Source of the DNA: Candidatus Poribacteria bacterium | Lineage (GTDB): Bacteria > Poribacteria > WGA-4E > WGA-3G | Direction: 5' to 3' | Assembly (NCBI GenBank): GCA_963665235.2 | Contig: CAXXLX010000001.1 | Coordinates: 2,240,001-2,304,000, forward strand | DNA: 64,000 nt | In this document: positions 30,606-41,500 of the stretch, piece after piece | Layout of the letters: each line of letters begins with the position of its first letter | Numbering within the stretch: the stretch's first letter is position 1 | Program-made: the position numbers and the translations under genes | The notes under the pieces: model-generated | What the model was told of the DNA's origin: nothing | Database searches by the model: none | The model's input: only the letters and a program-made list of their open reading frames with translations

Positions 30606-32225
30606 ATGAAAAAAATGAGACGTTTTGGAACCCGAGGTAGGGTATCTCCTGACAAACACTATGTTGTTCCGCGCACCGAAGAGATTGCGGACTATATTGA
30701 CCTTATTAGAGAGGGTCGGTATATCGTTCTCTTCGCGCCACGCCAAACCGGGAAAACCACTTTTTTCCGAATGGCACTTGAGACACTTGCCGCTGAAGAG
30801 GATGCCTACTTTCCGATTCAACTCACTTTTGAGGAGTATGAAGGCTACCCCGTTTTCGATTTTTATGCCTCCTTCCATGTGGAAATGCACGAACAAATTG
30901 AGAGAGTTTTTCAGAGGCGTGGGGAGATTCCTGCTGAGGGTTTAGTACAATTCTTAAAGGACACGAAAATCACCGACCATATTTCAATGCGTAAGTTTTT
31001 TGGAAATCTTACCGGTTTTCTGGACCGGCAATTCGGAACGAGACAGAAAGTTGTTCTTATTATTGACGAGTTTGATGGTATCCCCCAAGCTGCAGTGAGT
31101 GGGTTTTTGCATTCACTCCGCCGTGTTTACCAAGACGATGAAACACAATGTCCTCACAGTGTGAGCATCGTCGGGGTTAAGAGTATTGCACAACTCAGCT
31201 ACAATCGTTCTATCTCTCCCTTCAATATCCAAGATGATTTCAGCTTGCCCAACTTCACCTTGGAGCAGGTGAAAGAGCTACTTTCACAATATACAGATGA
31301 AGTGGGGCAGGACTTCACCGAAGAAGTAATTGAAACGCTGCACAAACAGACCGCCGGGCAACCCTTCCTCGTCAACAGATTCGCACAGATTCTCACCGAA
31401 GAATTGGACGTGCCAAAAACCGAACCGATTCGGATAGCACAGTTCCTAACGGCGCATGAACAGATGCTTGAAGAACAGAATACGAACATTCAGCATCTTC
31501 TAACAAATATTCGTAGAGACCGCCGCTTTGAACGCTTGCTTATGCGGATTACCTCTTATGAGAAAGGGGTGCCGTTCAGTCTTGATGATGAAATCATAAA
31601 TGAACTCGTCATATATGGGGTTATCAAGAGGGGGAATGACAGAATGTGTCAAATTGCTAATCCTATTTATCAACGCCGTATCATGCAAGCCTTCAAACCT
31701 GCGGTAAACGGGTTGGAAACGGTCTATTTTCCTGAAGATGCCGACACAGACTTTATCGATTATCTCACGCCCTCCGGTGAACTTGCCTTAGAAGCCCTAC
31801 TTGACAACTTCAAGGATTTCATTGCGCGGGCAGGATTTCGGATATTGCAGGTGCCGGAAACTCCGCAAGAATACGTTGGACAAAACCTACTCTACGCCTA
31901 TCTCGATCATTTCGTCCGGGTAGTTGGCGCGAATATGTTCCTTGAGGTGCAAACAGGTCGTGGACGTATAGACCTTCTCATCATCCATGAGGCACAAAAA
32001 TATATCGTTGAAACGAAGCTATGGGAAGGAAATAGGTATTATCAGGCGGGCAAAAAGCAGCTTGCCGCGTATCTCAAATCGGAGCGGGTGTCGAAAGGAT
32101 ACTATGTTGTGTTTGACCATCGTGTGAAACCTGAAGCGCGCGTTGAAACGGAGACACTATCCGGTGTGACAATTCGGAGCTATGTCATTCCTGTGATGCA
32201 AGAAAACCCTTCAACCTTAAGATAG
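30606..32225 (+). CDS. AAA-like ATPase with C-terminal PD-(D/E)XK-type domain
   Basis: APRQTGKTT Walker A, LIIDEFD Walker B, SPFNI, T.GQPFLV, GRIDLLI..YIVETKLW. Likely start is ATG 30606. Confidence 0.85.
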   Translation: MKKMRRFGTRGRVSPDKHYVVPRTEEIADYIDLIREGRYIVLFAPRQTGKTTFFRMALETLAAEEDAYFPIQLTFEEYEGYPVFDFYASFHVEMHEQIERVFQRRGEIPAEGLVQFLKDTKITDHISMRKFFGNLTGFLDRQFGTRQKVVLIIDEFDGIPQAAVSGFLHSLRRVYQDDETQCPHSVSIVGVKSIAQLSYNRSISPFNIQDDFSLPNFTLEQVKELLSQYTDEVGQDFTEEVIETLHKQTAGQPFLVNRFAQILTEELDVPKTEPIRIAQFLTAHEQMLEEQNTNIQHLLTNIRRDRRFERLLMRITSYEKGVPFSLDDEIINELVIYGVIKRGNDRMCQIANPIYQRRIMQAFKPAVNGLETVYFPEDADTDFIDYLTPSGELALEALLDNFKDFIARAGFRILQVPETPQEYVGQNLLYAYLDHFVRVVGANMFLEVQTGRGRIDLLIIHEAQKYIVETKLWEGNRYYQAGKKQLAAYLKSERVSKGYYVVFDHRVKPEARVETETLSGVTIRSYVIPVMQENPSTLR

Positions 32226-32229
32226 AGCA

Positions 32230-33618
32230 TCATTTTTGACTTTGTCGTCTGTGCCAAATTCTCCAGAGCAAGGCGGGAATAAGCGGAAGCGCAGCCATGC
32301 CCCATAGCACATCACGGACACCAAAAACGTCGAGTGCTGCCCCGACAACTGCGGTAGCAATAGCTCCCATTAGTGTGAAGAGGGCAAACTCAGTACCGAA
32401 GATTCTGCCACGTATCTCGTTGGGGGCATATTGGAGGAGCAGCTGTGTTGAAAATACCCAAGCAATTCCGCCGCCAATACTGCGAATGAACCCACCTATA
32501 AGCACGTGGGGTAAACTCAAAAGGGGTGCGGCGATAGCGAGTCCAACCGTGCCGATTATATAGCCGAGGCTGATACTCCACCTAAGCGGTGCATCCCGGT
32601 CTCCGGTCCAATGCCTTGTGACAATAGGACCTATACCGCTCCCGATACCGGCCATACAGTACATCAGTCCTAAACTGATTGCGCCATCAATGCCGATAAC
32701 GAAGTGGGATTTCGCAATTTCGACTTGGGCGATCTGAAAACCGGAATATAGGAATAGCATGATAGCGGCTTTATGAAGGGATATAAATAAAATATCGGGA
32801 TGCCGGAGCATGTAGCGCAGCGTCGTAAACTTTACCCCCTCACGAACCACTTTTTTAGCGGTGGCCCGGTGTGGCAGTTTAATCTTTAGCAGAAATCCAG
32901 CTGAAATGAGAAAGGTTAATCCGTCGATTATAAACGCGGTGTGAACGCCAAAGAGCCCTGTTGCTAAACCCCCAATAGCAGCACCAAAGGCACACATGAC
33001 GGACCAGGTTGTCGAGCTCAAGGCATTCGCGGTACCGAGTTCGCGTTGTACGGTAATATCCGGGAGGATAGCACTTTTGGTGGGAGTGAAAAAACCGCTT
33101 ACCCCAGAAAGCAGCATCGCGAGGAGATAGAGCAGCCAGATATCGTTTGCGTCTTTGACAGAGAGAAACCCGAGAACAATTACGCCTCTCACAATGTCGG
33201 TGATGATTAGAAGATGCTTCCTATTGTAGCGGTCGGCACATATCCCCGCGAGGGGGGCGACAAAAAAGGGGGCGAGCATTCGTATTGTAAACAGCAACCC
33301 TAATGCAAGTCCCGATTCCGTCAACTTCCTAATCAGGAGCGCAGCCGCAATCACGTTAAACCAATCCCCTAAGAGACTGACAACCTGTCCTGCCCAGAGC
33401 CAGCGGAAGTTTGGATTCGTTCGGATAAGTTCAAGGTAACCGACTAGTTTTTCTCTTTTTGCTGATTCGTCTTTGGGCACAACGGTTTTATCAGGCACAA
33501 CGGTTTTATCAGGTGTTACAGCAGATTGTTCTTTATTAATTGAAAATAAGCGCATGAGATTACGATACCACAGTTTCGGTTTTTTGGCAAATTTGGATAA
33601 TCTTCCACTTGACTGCAA
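32230..33618 (-). CDS. MFS transporter (DHA3-like)
   Basis: NFRWLWAGQVVSLLGDW, AGICADRYNRK, about 12 TM helices. Confidence 0.9.
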   Translation of the reverse strand: MQSSGRLSKFAKKPKLWYRNLMRLFSINKEQSAVTPDKTVVPDKTVVPKDESAKREKLVGYLELIRTNPNFRWLWAGQVVSLLGDWFNVIAAALLIRKLTESGLALGLLFTIRMLAPFFVAPLAGICADRYNRKHLLIITDIVRGVIVLGFLSVKDANDIWLLYLLAMLLSGVSGFFTPTKSAILPDITVQRELGTANALSSTTWSVMCAFGAAIGGLATGLFGVHTAFIIDGLTFLISAGFLLKIKLPHRATAKKVVREGVKFTTLRYMLRHPDILFISLHKAAIMLFLYSGFQIAQVEIAKSHFVIGIDGAISLGLMYCMAGIGSGIGPIVTRHWTGDRDAPLRWSISLGYIIGTVGLAIAAPLLSLPHVLIGGFIRSIGGGIAWVFSTQLLLQYAPNEIRGRIFGTEFALFTLMGAIATAVVGAALDVFGVRDVLWGMAALPLIPALLWRIWHRRQSQK

Positions 33619-33668
33619 ATCTATAGAAAATGTATAATTGCGTTGGATATTAACCTTCCTCCAATTGC

Positions 33669-36047
33669 TTGAGGAATCTTTTTGTGCGGATTAAAATGCT
33701 ACACGCCTTCTTAACTGCCACCCTGATAACCTTCGCCTCTATTATGCCCGGGGCAGCAGCGGAAATCGCCGATAACAGGGCAGATACGTCTCCGATAACA
33801 GATTATTTCGATTACATTACGGTCTTTTCTGATGGGAGGATTACGCGCTTTACGCACATGCCGATTCAGGTGTACATTTCGTCTATGCTGAAGGATGAAC
33901 CGTACTTGGCAGCGATCCGCTACGCGATGCGCGAGTGGGAGACAGTCAGCGCAGGGAAAATTCGCTTCGAAGAGATAGATGTACCGAAGCATGCAGATAT
34001 CCGTGTCACCTGGGGTTACAGTGATCACATGGCATTTCAGGATACTCGGCTCGGCAGTGCGGAGCTAACGCGCTTACGCGATACCGCCGAAGAGGCTCCC
34101 GAGCCAAACGGCAATAATTTTAGGGTGACGGTTATCCTGATGCTGGCGGACGATGAAAACATCGGTAAACTTTCAGACGCAGAGATGCGGACAGTATGTC
34201 TGCATGAGTTCGGACATGCGATTGGATTGTGGGGGCATAGTCCGCATCCGAACGATGTCAGCTACCCCACGGCAACAGCGCAGCATCCCACATTGCGCGA
34301 TATAAACACGTTGCGTAAACTCTATAGTACGCCCTTCAATACACCACAGCACGACACAGCTATTGACATACTCAAAACCGAAATTGCGCGGGAACCGAGG
34401 AGATATTCTCTCCACTATCGACTCGGAACCGTCTACTTCGATAAAGGCGATACGGAATCCGCAATCGCTAGTTTCAAGGCGTGCCTTCGTCTGAATGAAA
34501 ATTTTCAGCCTGCTACTGAGAAACTCCTATCGGTTTACGAAGAGACAGGCCAGTTGTTCACAGCGGTAAATCTCCTTAAACAACAGCTTGAAAGGCAGCC
34601 TTCCGCTTCGAACTATAACACGCTCGGCATTCACTACTACCGCCAAGGGGCGGTGGATAAGGCGATAGCTGCGTTTGAGAACGCCGTTAGTATTGAACCG
34701 TATCACAAAGCTGCTCGACATAACCTGCATCAACTTTTCCTAGAAAAAGCACGTCACGCTTTGAATGCCAGAGACTTCACAACCGCAGAGAACACTTTTA
34801 AGAGGGCCGTTCAACTCAAACCGCTAGATTTGATGATGTACCGGTCTATGGGAGATAGGTATGCACGTGCAGGACTTTATCCAGCAGCTATTCAGCATTA
34901 TCGGGCGGCACTACAATTAAATCCTGCCAATAAATTAACACAGCGGCATCTCGCGCAATGCTATAATAACTATGGAGTCACGCTCAGAAACAGCGGGCAT
35001 TGGGATGAAGCGATTGCTGCCTATCGCAACGCTTTGGAAGTACAGCCGACACTCCATATAGCTCAAACAAATCTGAGCGATGTGTTTTGGCAGCGTGCGA
35101 GGACATATTACAAATCGGGACAGGTGGACAAAGCGATTGCCGCCTATCTTGAATTGCAGGAGCTTCATCCGAAGGATACGGAAATTTTCAGCATGCTTGG
35201 GGACCTATATCTCAAAAAGGGGAATTATCCAGCAGCGGTTTCAGCCTTTCAGAAGGTTCGCGCGGCGAAACCGCATCTCCATAGTGCGCGGCATAACCTC
35301 GTCGTTGCCTATCATCATACTGCACAGGATTTGATGCGGCAGAAAAATTATCGAGCCGCTATTGACCCGCTTCAAAAAGCACTCGCTCTCTCCCCGACCA
35401 CGCCCGGGCTCCGTGTGAGCTTGGCGCGGGCATATCAAAATATCGGTGATTATAGACGGGCCCAAGCCGAATTGGCCTACGTTTTAGCACTAGCACCGGA
35501 GAATCAACAGGCAACAACGGAACAGATAAACCTTCACATTTCGCGCGGAAACGTTTTGATGCAGCAGAAAAACTATGCCGCTGCCCTTGCACAATTTACG
35601 TCAATCCCCGAAACGGAAAGGGATGTTAATATTTGGAACATAATCGGTTACCTCTATCTCATGCAAGATAGACCGTCGGAGGCGTTGGTGGTTTTTGAAA
35701 GGGTGCTCGCGCTTGAACCGCTTAACATCTCAGCGTACCAAAATCTGCTTTCGCTTGAATCACGGTTGAACAACCGGCGCGATACAACAAAGATGGGTGC
35801 GCTGATTCGCACACGGTGTCTACTTGCTATCTCTTTGATGAACCGAAAACAACCTGATGCTGCACTTGTGAAGTACAAACAAGCAAAAGATAACACATCG
35901 GCAGGGCAATACTACCCTATTCTGTTTAACACAGGGGGGCAATTGGCACACGGTTTTGATGCACAAAACGATACGGAACGCAGTGCGAAAATTCGGCGAT
36001 GGCTTGAAGAACTAACTCACAAATTCGGCGGTGTGATTGACCGGTAG
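33669..36047 (+). CDS. Matrixin-like zinc metalloprotease fused to a long TPR array
   Basis: Signal peptide, ADIRVTW, HEFGHAIGLWGHS, then more than 10 TPRs. Confidence 0.85.
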   Translation: MRNLFVRIKMLHAFLTATLITFASIMPGAAAEIADNRADTSPITDYFDYITVFSDGRITRFTHMPIQVYISSMLKDEPYLAAIRYAMREWETVSAGKIRFEEIDVPKHADIRVTWGYSDHMAFQDTRLGSAELTRLRDTAEEAPEPNGNNFRVTVILMLADDENIGKLSDAEMRTVCLHEFGHAIGLWGHSPHPNDVSYPTATAQHPTLRDINTLRKLYSTPFNTPQHDTAIDILKTEIAREPRRYSLHYRLGTVYFDKGDTESAIASFKACLRLNENFQPATEKLLSVYEETGQLFTAVNLLKQQLERQPSASNYNTLGIHYYRQGAVDKAIAAFENAVSIEPYHKAARHNLHQLFLEKARHALNARDFTTAENTFKRAVQLKPLDLMMYRSMGDRYARAGLYPAAIQHYRAALQLNPANKLTQRHLAQCYNNYGVTLRNSGHWDEAIAAYRNALEVQPTLHIAQTNLSDVFWQRARTYYKSGQVDKAIAAYLELQELHPKDTEIFSMLGDLYLKKGNYPAAVSAFQKVRAAKPHLHSARHNLVVAYHHTAQDLMRQKNYRAAIDPLQKALALSPTTPGLRVSLARAYQNIGDYRRAQAELAYVLALAPENQQATTEQINLHISRGNVLMQQKNYAAALAQFTSIPETERDVNIWNIIGYLYLMQDRPSEALVVFERVLALEPLNISAYQNLLSLESRLNNRRDTTKMGALIRTRCLLAISLMNRKQPDAALVKYKQAKDNTSAGQYYPILFNTGGQLAHGFDAQNDTERSAKIRRWLEELTHKFGGVIDR

Positions 36048-36060
36048 GTTGTAAGGCAGC

Positions 36061-36090
36061 AAAAAAGGTCGGGCGAACCCGCCCGACCTA
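36061..36090. terminator. Intrinsic terminator between convergent genes
   Basis: AAAAAA-GGTCGGGCG-AACC-CGCCCGACC, with the U-tract on the minus strand. Confidence 0.75.
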
Positions 36091-36119
36091 GACCTGGTAA
36101 ATTCACAGCAAACGTAACC

Positions 36120-36692
36120 TTAACGCTGGCCGCCTTGACCGCCGCGCTGGCCGCCTTGACCGCCACGGAATCTATTCCTGCGTTCCTGTTCGGCGATGAG
36201 CCGTTCTTTCGTCAATTCGTTGAGTTTCGTCAATTCCTCTTCAGACAAAACCTCTTTGAGGCTTGTTTGGAACTCTTTTCCGACGCTTGCAACGATTGTC
36301 TGTCTTTCTTGGTACATCTCCTGCATAACTGTTCTGATATCCCCCCTATTGGGGTCGTCGCGGAATTTTTGCATCTTCTCGCCGAGTGCTTTCATCTTCG
36401 TCGTAAGCGTTTCTCGAGCTGCCTGATGGATAGGACGGGCCTGCACTAACGTTTCGTCGTCCACCTGTACTCTGAACGTTAAGTCCAGCCAAGAGTTATC
36501 GATAAGGGACGTAGCGTCCATGTTCATCATACCCCGGGGGGAGCGTTCACCACGTTCGCCGCGTTCACTACGTTCACCGCGTTCACCGCGTTCACCACGC
36601 TCTGGCCGCTGTGCCGTTGCATGCTCAAAAACAAACACACCAATTACTGCGATTGCTACAATTGCGCTGAGGACAAACCATTTCTGCTTCAT
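36120..36692 (-). CDS. Secreted helical protein with (ERG)n and GGQ repeats (Spy/CpxP-like architecture)
   Basis: Signal peptide ..ATA|Q, ERGERGERG, LKEVLSEEE, GGQGGQR tail. Confidence 0.7.
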   Translation of the reverse strand: MKQKWFVLSAIVAIAVIGVFVFEHATAQRPERGERGERGERSERGERGERSPRGMMNMDATSLIDNSWLDLTFRVQVDDETLVQARPIHQAARETLTTKMKALGEKMQKFRDDPNRGDIRTVMQEMYQERQTIVASVGKEFQTSLKEVLSEEELTKLNELTKERLIAEQERRNRFRGGQGGQRGGQGGQR

Positions 36693-36865
36693 TTCACTTC
36701 TCCTATTTTCAAATTGTAAGTGGTTTTCGGCTATCGGTTTTCAGCAAAGAAGGGTTAGGTGATTCTAAAGGGTTATTGTAATTATCAGTCCCTTTTGCTA
36801 ATTGCCGATGGCTATTTAGTTTCACTTCTTTAGTCAAATTTGTTCAGAAAAGGTTCGTTTTTTTA

Positions 36866-36894
36866 TTGACACCTCTCGCTAAGAGCGGTATAAT
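36866..36894 (+). promoter_or_regulatory. Consensus sigma70 promoter for fumC
   Basis: TTGACA-17-TATAAT. Confidence 0.7.
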
Positions 36895-36949
36895 ATGACT
36901 TGCAAGAATTGCCAATTACCGATTACCAATACAAAATCAGGAGGACTAT

Positions 36950-38341
36950 GTGAAAACACGGATTGAAAAAGATAGCTTAGGCAACGTAGAAGTTCCAGAA
37001 ACTGCATATTGGGGGGCGCAGACACAGCGTGCCCGTATCAACTTCAACATCGGGACTGAACACTTTCCGCCCACCTTCATTCGCGCCCTTGTAATTATCA
37101 AGGCGGAAGCGGCTTCAGTCAATGCGGAACTCGGCTTAATCCCAGGTGACGTGGCGGAGGTCATTATACGTGCTGCGGATGAGATTGCTGCTGGTGAACT
37201 TGCTGACCAATTCCCACTCCGAATCTGGCAGACCGGCAGCGGGACGCAAACACACATGAACGTCAACGAGGTTATTGCTAACCGGGCGAGTGAACTTTTA
37301 GGCGGAAAGCGTGGTGAAAAATTTCCTGTTCATCCGAATGACCATGTGAATCGCTCACAATCCACGAACGACGTTTTTCCGAGTGCAATTCATATTGCAG
37401 TCGTCACAGAAATTACCGAACGGTTGCTGCCAGCTGCTCAAGCATTGCAAACTGCTTTTGAAACCAAAGCAGCTGAATTTTCAGAGATAGTCAAAACAGG
37501 TCGGACGCATTTGATGGATGCAACCCCCTTGACATTAGGACAGGTTTTCAGCGGGTATGCACAACAGACCGCGCATGCACAGACAGCAATTCGGCAGGTG
37601 TTGCCGTTTCTGTACGAGCTCCCGATTGGCGGCACCGCTGTCGGCACAGGGTTAAATGCACATCCTCGGTATGCGGATGCTGTCACGGCAGGAATTGCGG
37701 AGCGAACGGGGCAGCCCTATATCAGTGCCCCTAATAAGTTTGAAGCGTTAGGCGGTCGAGACGCGCTCGTTTCAGCGAGTGGGGCTTTCAAACGACTTGC
37801 CTGCGCGCTCTATAAAATCGCTAACGACATCCGATGGTTAGGCAGTGGACCGCGATGCGGTATCGGTGAATTGGTTTTACCCGAAAACGAGCCAGGTAGC
37901 TCTATAATGCCGGGCAAGGTCAATCCGACGCAGTGTGAAGCGATGACAATGGTGTGTGCCCAGGTTATCGGCAACGATACGACGATAGCACTTGCTGGCA
38001 GCGCAGGCAACTTTGAGCTTAACGTCTTTATGCCTGTCATAGCGTTCAATAGTTTACAATCCATTCAGTTGCTTGCCGATGCTTGTGATGCTTTCCGGGA
38101 GCATTGCGTTGTCGGGATAGAAGCGAACCTCCCTGTCATTGAAGGGTATCTCCAATCGTCTCTGATGCTGGTCACCGCTCTCACCCCGCGCATCGGTTAC
38201 GATGCTGCTGCGCGGCTTGCCCAGCGAGCTCATCGCGAAGGATTGACCCTCCGCGATGTCGCTGTTCTTGAAGGCGAATTAACCCCCGAAGAATTCGATG
38301 CCATAGTTGTACCAAGTCAATTAGTTGCTCCGAACCTATAG
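36950..38341 (+). CDS. fumC: Class II fumarate hydratase
   Basis: [27 protein letters not shown] and [11 protein letters not shown] motifs. Confidence 0.97.
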   Translation: MKTRIEKDSLGNVEVPETAYWGAQTQRARINFNIGTEHFPPTFIRALVIIKAEAASVNAELGLIPGDVAEVIIRAADEIAAGELADQFPLRIWQTGSGTQTHMNVNEVIANRASELLGGKRGEKFPVHPNDHVNRSQSTNDVFPSAIHIAVVTEITERLLPAAQALQTAFETKAAEFSEIVKTGRTHLMDATPLTLGQVFSGYAQQTAHAQTAIRQVLPFLYELPIGGTAVGTGLNAHPRYADAVTAGIAERTGQPYISAPNKFEALGGRDALVSASGAFKRLACALYKIANDIRWLGSGPRCGIGELVLPENEPGSSIMPGKVNPTQCEAMTMVCAQVIGNDTTIALAGSAGNFELNVFMPVIAFNSLQSIQLLADACDAFREHCVVGIEANLPVIEGYLQSSLMLVTALTPRIGYDAAARLAQRAHREGLTLRDVAVLEGELTPEEFDAIVVPSQLVAPNL

Positions 38342-38399
38342 CTATGTGCTAGCTGATGGCTAGGGAGTAGGCATTGTCTGAATGCCATGTTGGCTATTG

Positions 38400-38510
38400 G
38401 AAACCTATGGCTATTGGCAATTAGCAAGAAGGTTGTGATGCTGAGCATATTTCTGCTGTGCGTCAACCCCTCTTCCTCTGGTTTCCAATTGCCAATCGCT
38501 AATCGCCCTT
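38400..38510. repeat. Dispersed intergenic element (copy C, inverted)
   Basis: TTGGCAATTAGCAAGAAGGTTGTGATGCTGAGCA...TGCGTCA...TCTGGTTTCCAATTGCCAATCGCTAATCG. Confidence 0.7.
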
Positions 38511-38561
38511 AATGCTAGTAACAACCCCGCCTGCAACAACGGCAGCAGGCGAGCGGCGGCT

Positions 38562-41500
38562 CTATGATTCAAGCTCTTCAACAGGCTCAGCCAGCTCTTC
38601 AACAGGCTCAGCGAGCTCTTCCGGGGGCGTTTCTGTTTGCGACAGCGAGGTATGATTCACCTCGATATGTTGCCATTCTGAAAAGCCAGTGCCAGCCGGA
38701 ATAAGCCGTCCGAGGATAACATTCTCTTTCAACCCTGTCAAGTAGTCCACTTGTCCTTCAACTGCTGCATCCGTGAGGACTTTTGTTGTCTGCTGGAAGC
38801 TGGCAGCGGAGATGAAGCTGTCCGTACTCAGAGAGGCTTTGCCGATGCTTTGGAGCACGGGTTCACCAGTTGCGGGGGTGCCGTTCTCTTCTTGGACGCG
38901 CCTATTTTCTGTGTGGAAGAGCGTTCGGCTGACCTCATCGTTTGCGTAGAATCCGGTGTCGCCGACATCAATGATTCGTATCTTAGTCAGCATCTGTCGG
39001 ACGATGACTTCGATGTGTTTGTCATTTATCGCGCCACTCGGGTAAACGGTTTGGACTTCGTCAACGAGGTATGTCCAGACAGCTTCTTCGCCTTCAAGCG
39101 AATGCCCGTTGATAGTTGTTCTCCCGATAGCGAGGATATCGTGTGGGTTGAGGTATCCATCGGTGAGCCGTTGTCCCGCTTCGACCCAGTCGCCTTCGTC
39201 GACGCGTCGTTTTTCGTCCGGAATTTGGTATAGACGACTTTTCGTTTCGCCATCGACGATTCGGTATTGTGGAATACCCGATTTTTGTCCTTCAAGCTGG
39301 ACGTACCCTTCGATTTCTGCGATTTCGGCTGCATCTTCGCGCTTCGGACGCCGCGCCTCAAAGAGGTCGGTGACGCGCGGGATACCCCGAACGATGTCGA
39401 GGTTTGTCGTTTTCTCGTGCAATTCCGCGAGGGGTTGTTGGGCTTTCACCTTTTCCTCGGCTTCAACAGACACAGAGTATCCGGGCGAAATCAGATGCTC
39501 TTGAGGTTCAGATTTTCCACCATCGACCTCAAGCACAATCCGAAGTGTTGGAATCAAGCCATCTACCTCAACGCCCGGGTACCGCTTCATAGCGGCATCG
39601 TACTCCGCCTGTGAGAGCGTATGTCCGACCTTAAAGGGACAGCGCGGATGTGTGACTGTGTTTACCTTATAGGTAGTTTGTGCTGACGCTTTAACCACTT
39701 TCTTATAATCAGCATCGCTCAACACCTCATCCACCGTAAGGTCTATTTCGGGGTCACTCACCTTTGTCACTTTATAGACGCGTTCTGTCTCGAACCCTTT
39801 GTATTGGCGTTGTGCCCGTTTATAGTCCTCCTCGTCAATTTGTTCATCGGCAGTGAGCGGGCAGTCAGCATGATGAACAGCGAGTATGTGGTACGCTAGT
39901 CGGATATCCGGTAAGGGTGTCTCGGTGTCTCGGTGGTGTTTGACAAGTGCCTTGTAGTCTGTATCTGTCAACACCTTTTCCGCCGGGGCATCATCTACTG
40001 CGTCACTGTTTTCCTGCGTTAGGAAATAAAGTTTTTCCGCGTCAAACCCCTTAAAGTTTCGACGGAACCGGTTCGATTCAGACGATGTAATGAGGTCCCC
40101 CACCTTTGCGGGGAATTCTTCGCTGTGATGAATTGCCGTGATGCGATAGAGCCGTTCGACCTCGAACGCACTTGGGCCTTTCGTCGAAGTCACCTCAAAG
40201 CCGGGGTATTTCTTGAGCGTTTCCTTGTATTCCTTCTCTGTGAGGTACGTCCACTTTGTGGCTGTCTCGGTCTCCTCTATCGCCGGTTCCATCGGACATT
40301 CCGGGTGATGCACCGAGATTAGGCGGTGCTTGAGCCGTTCTACCGTCACTCCTTCGAATTTATCTTTGAGCTTCGATAAATTTTCCGGGGGGATGTGTTC
40401 GCCCGGTTTTAGCGGACATTCCGGGTGATGCACTTCGGTGACACAATAAGGTGGGTTTGTTCGTCGTTTGACTTCAAACGCCTTATACTGCTGCCGTGCT
40501 TCGTCATACGCGGCTTTGGACAACTCCTGCTCGACTGTCAGTTCAACCCCTTCGCTCACCTCTGTAACCCGGTAGACCGGCTCATCAAGTTCTAAGTGGT
40601 ATTGCCGTTCCTGTTCTGGGGTGAGGAGGTCACCTACCTTAAAGGGGCAGCTGGGATGCATTATAGTTTGGATTCTATACATCTGCGGCAGCTCTGGGTT
40701 GCTTTTCCCTTTTCCTTGTATGCGGAGGTATTCCGGATATTCGTCTTCAGTCAGGATATCGCCAGTTTTGGTTTGACGGACCCATTCGCCATCAAAGGGT
40801 CGGATTTGGTCGCGCCATTCTTCTACCTCATTCTCTGATAGGAGCTGCCCCGGTTTGAGGGGGTTGTCTGGATGTGTGACCTGCTTGATAGGGTAGTGGG
40901 CTGCATCGCAACGGAACCGTGAAAAACGTCGGGAACATTCCACATATCCACGGTCTGTGAGCAGTGTTCCGATTTGTAGCTCGGGGGCTGTCGAAACGAT
41001 ATCCGGATTCACAGCCGTCACCTCGTGCGCGGCTAGTTCCGCTTTAAACCCTGGAAAATCTTCCAATGCCTTTTGGTACTGTTTCTCTGTCAGCAGTTCG
41101 CCCGGTTCTAACCGACAGTCAGGATGTTGAACCGTTCTGATTTTGTACCTTGGCTGGTCGGAGTCTTCCTCGTACTGTTTGGCAATCCAGAGGTCGCCCT
41201 CTTTTCGGACAGTTCTGTCGGGGATAAAGTCTCGGAATCGGACGGTACCTGCAGCTTTTGCGAGTGTTTTTCGGGCAAGCCGTTCGCTCACATCTTCAAC
41301 GACCCCGCCTGTATGGAATGTGCGCATCGTTAGCTGTGTGCCAGGTTCACCAATGGATTGGGCTGCGATAATACCAATCGCTTCGCCGACGTTCACTAGG
41401 CGTCCTGAGCTTAAGTCAGTTCCATAGCAGGTCGCGCATGCACCTTTTTCGGTTTCACATGTCAGGACAGAGCGGACACGGACGCTTGGCACTTCCGCCT

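Noticed and set aside
38565-38625. EELAEPV x3 tail of RpoC (also PDKTVV repeats in the MFS and ERG repeats at 36540-36605)
   Set aside because: Ordinary slippage repeats in disordered termini.
39400-41300. Intein in rpoC
   Set aside because: No splice-junction residues or homing-endonuclease motifs. The insert is repetitive and sits at the known SI3 position.
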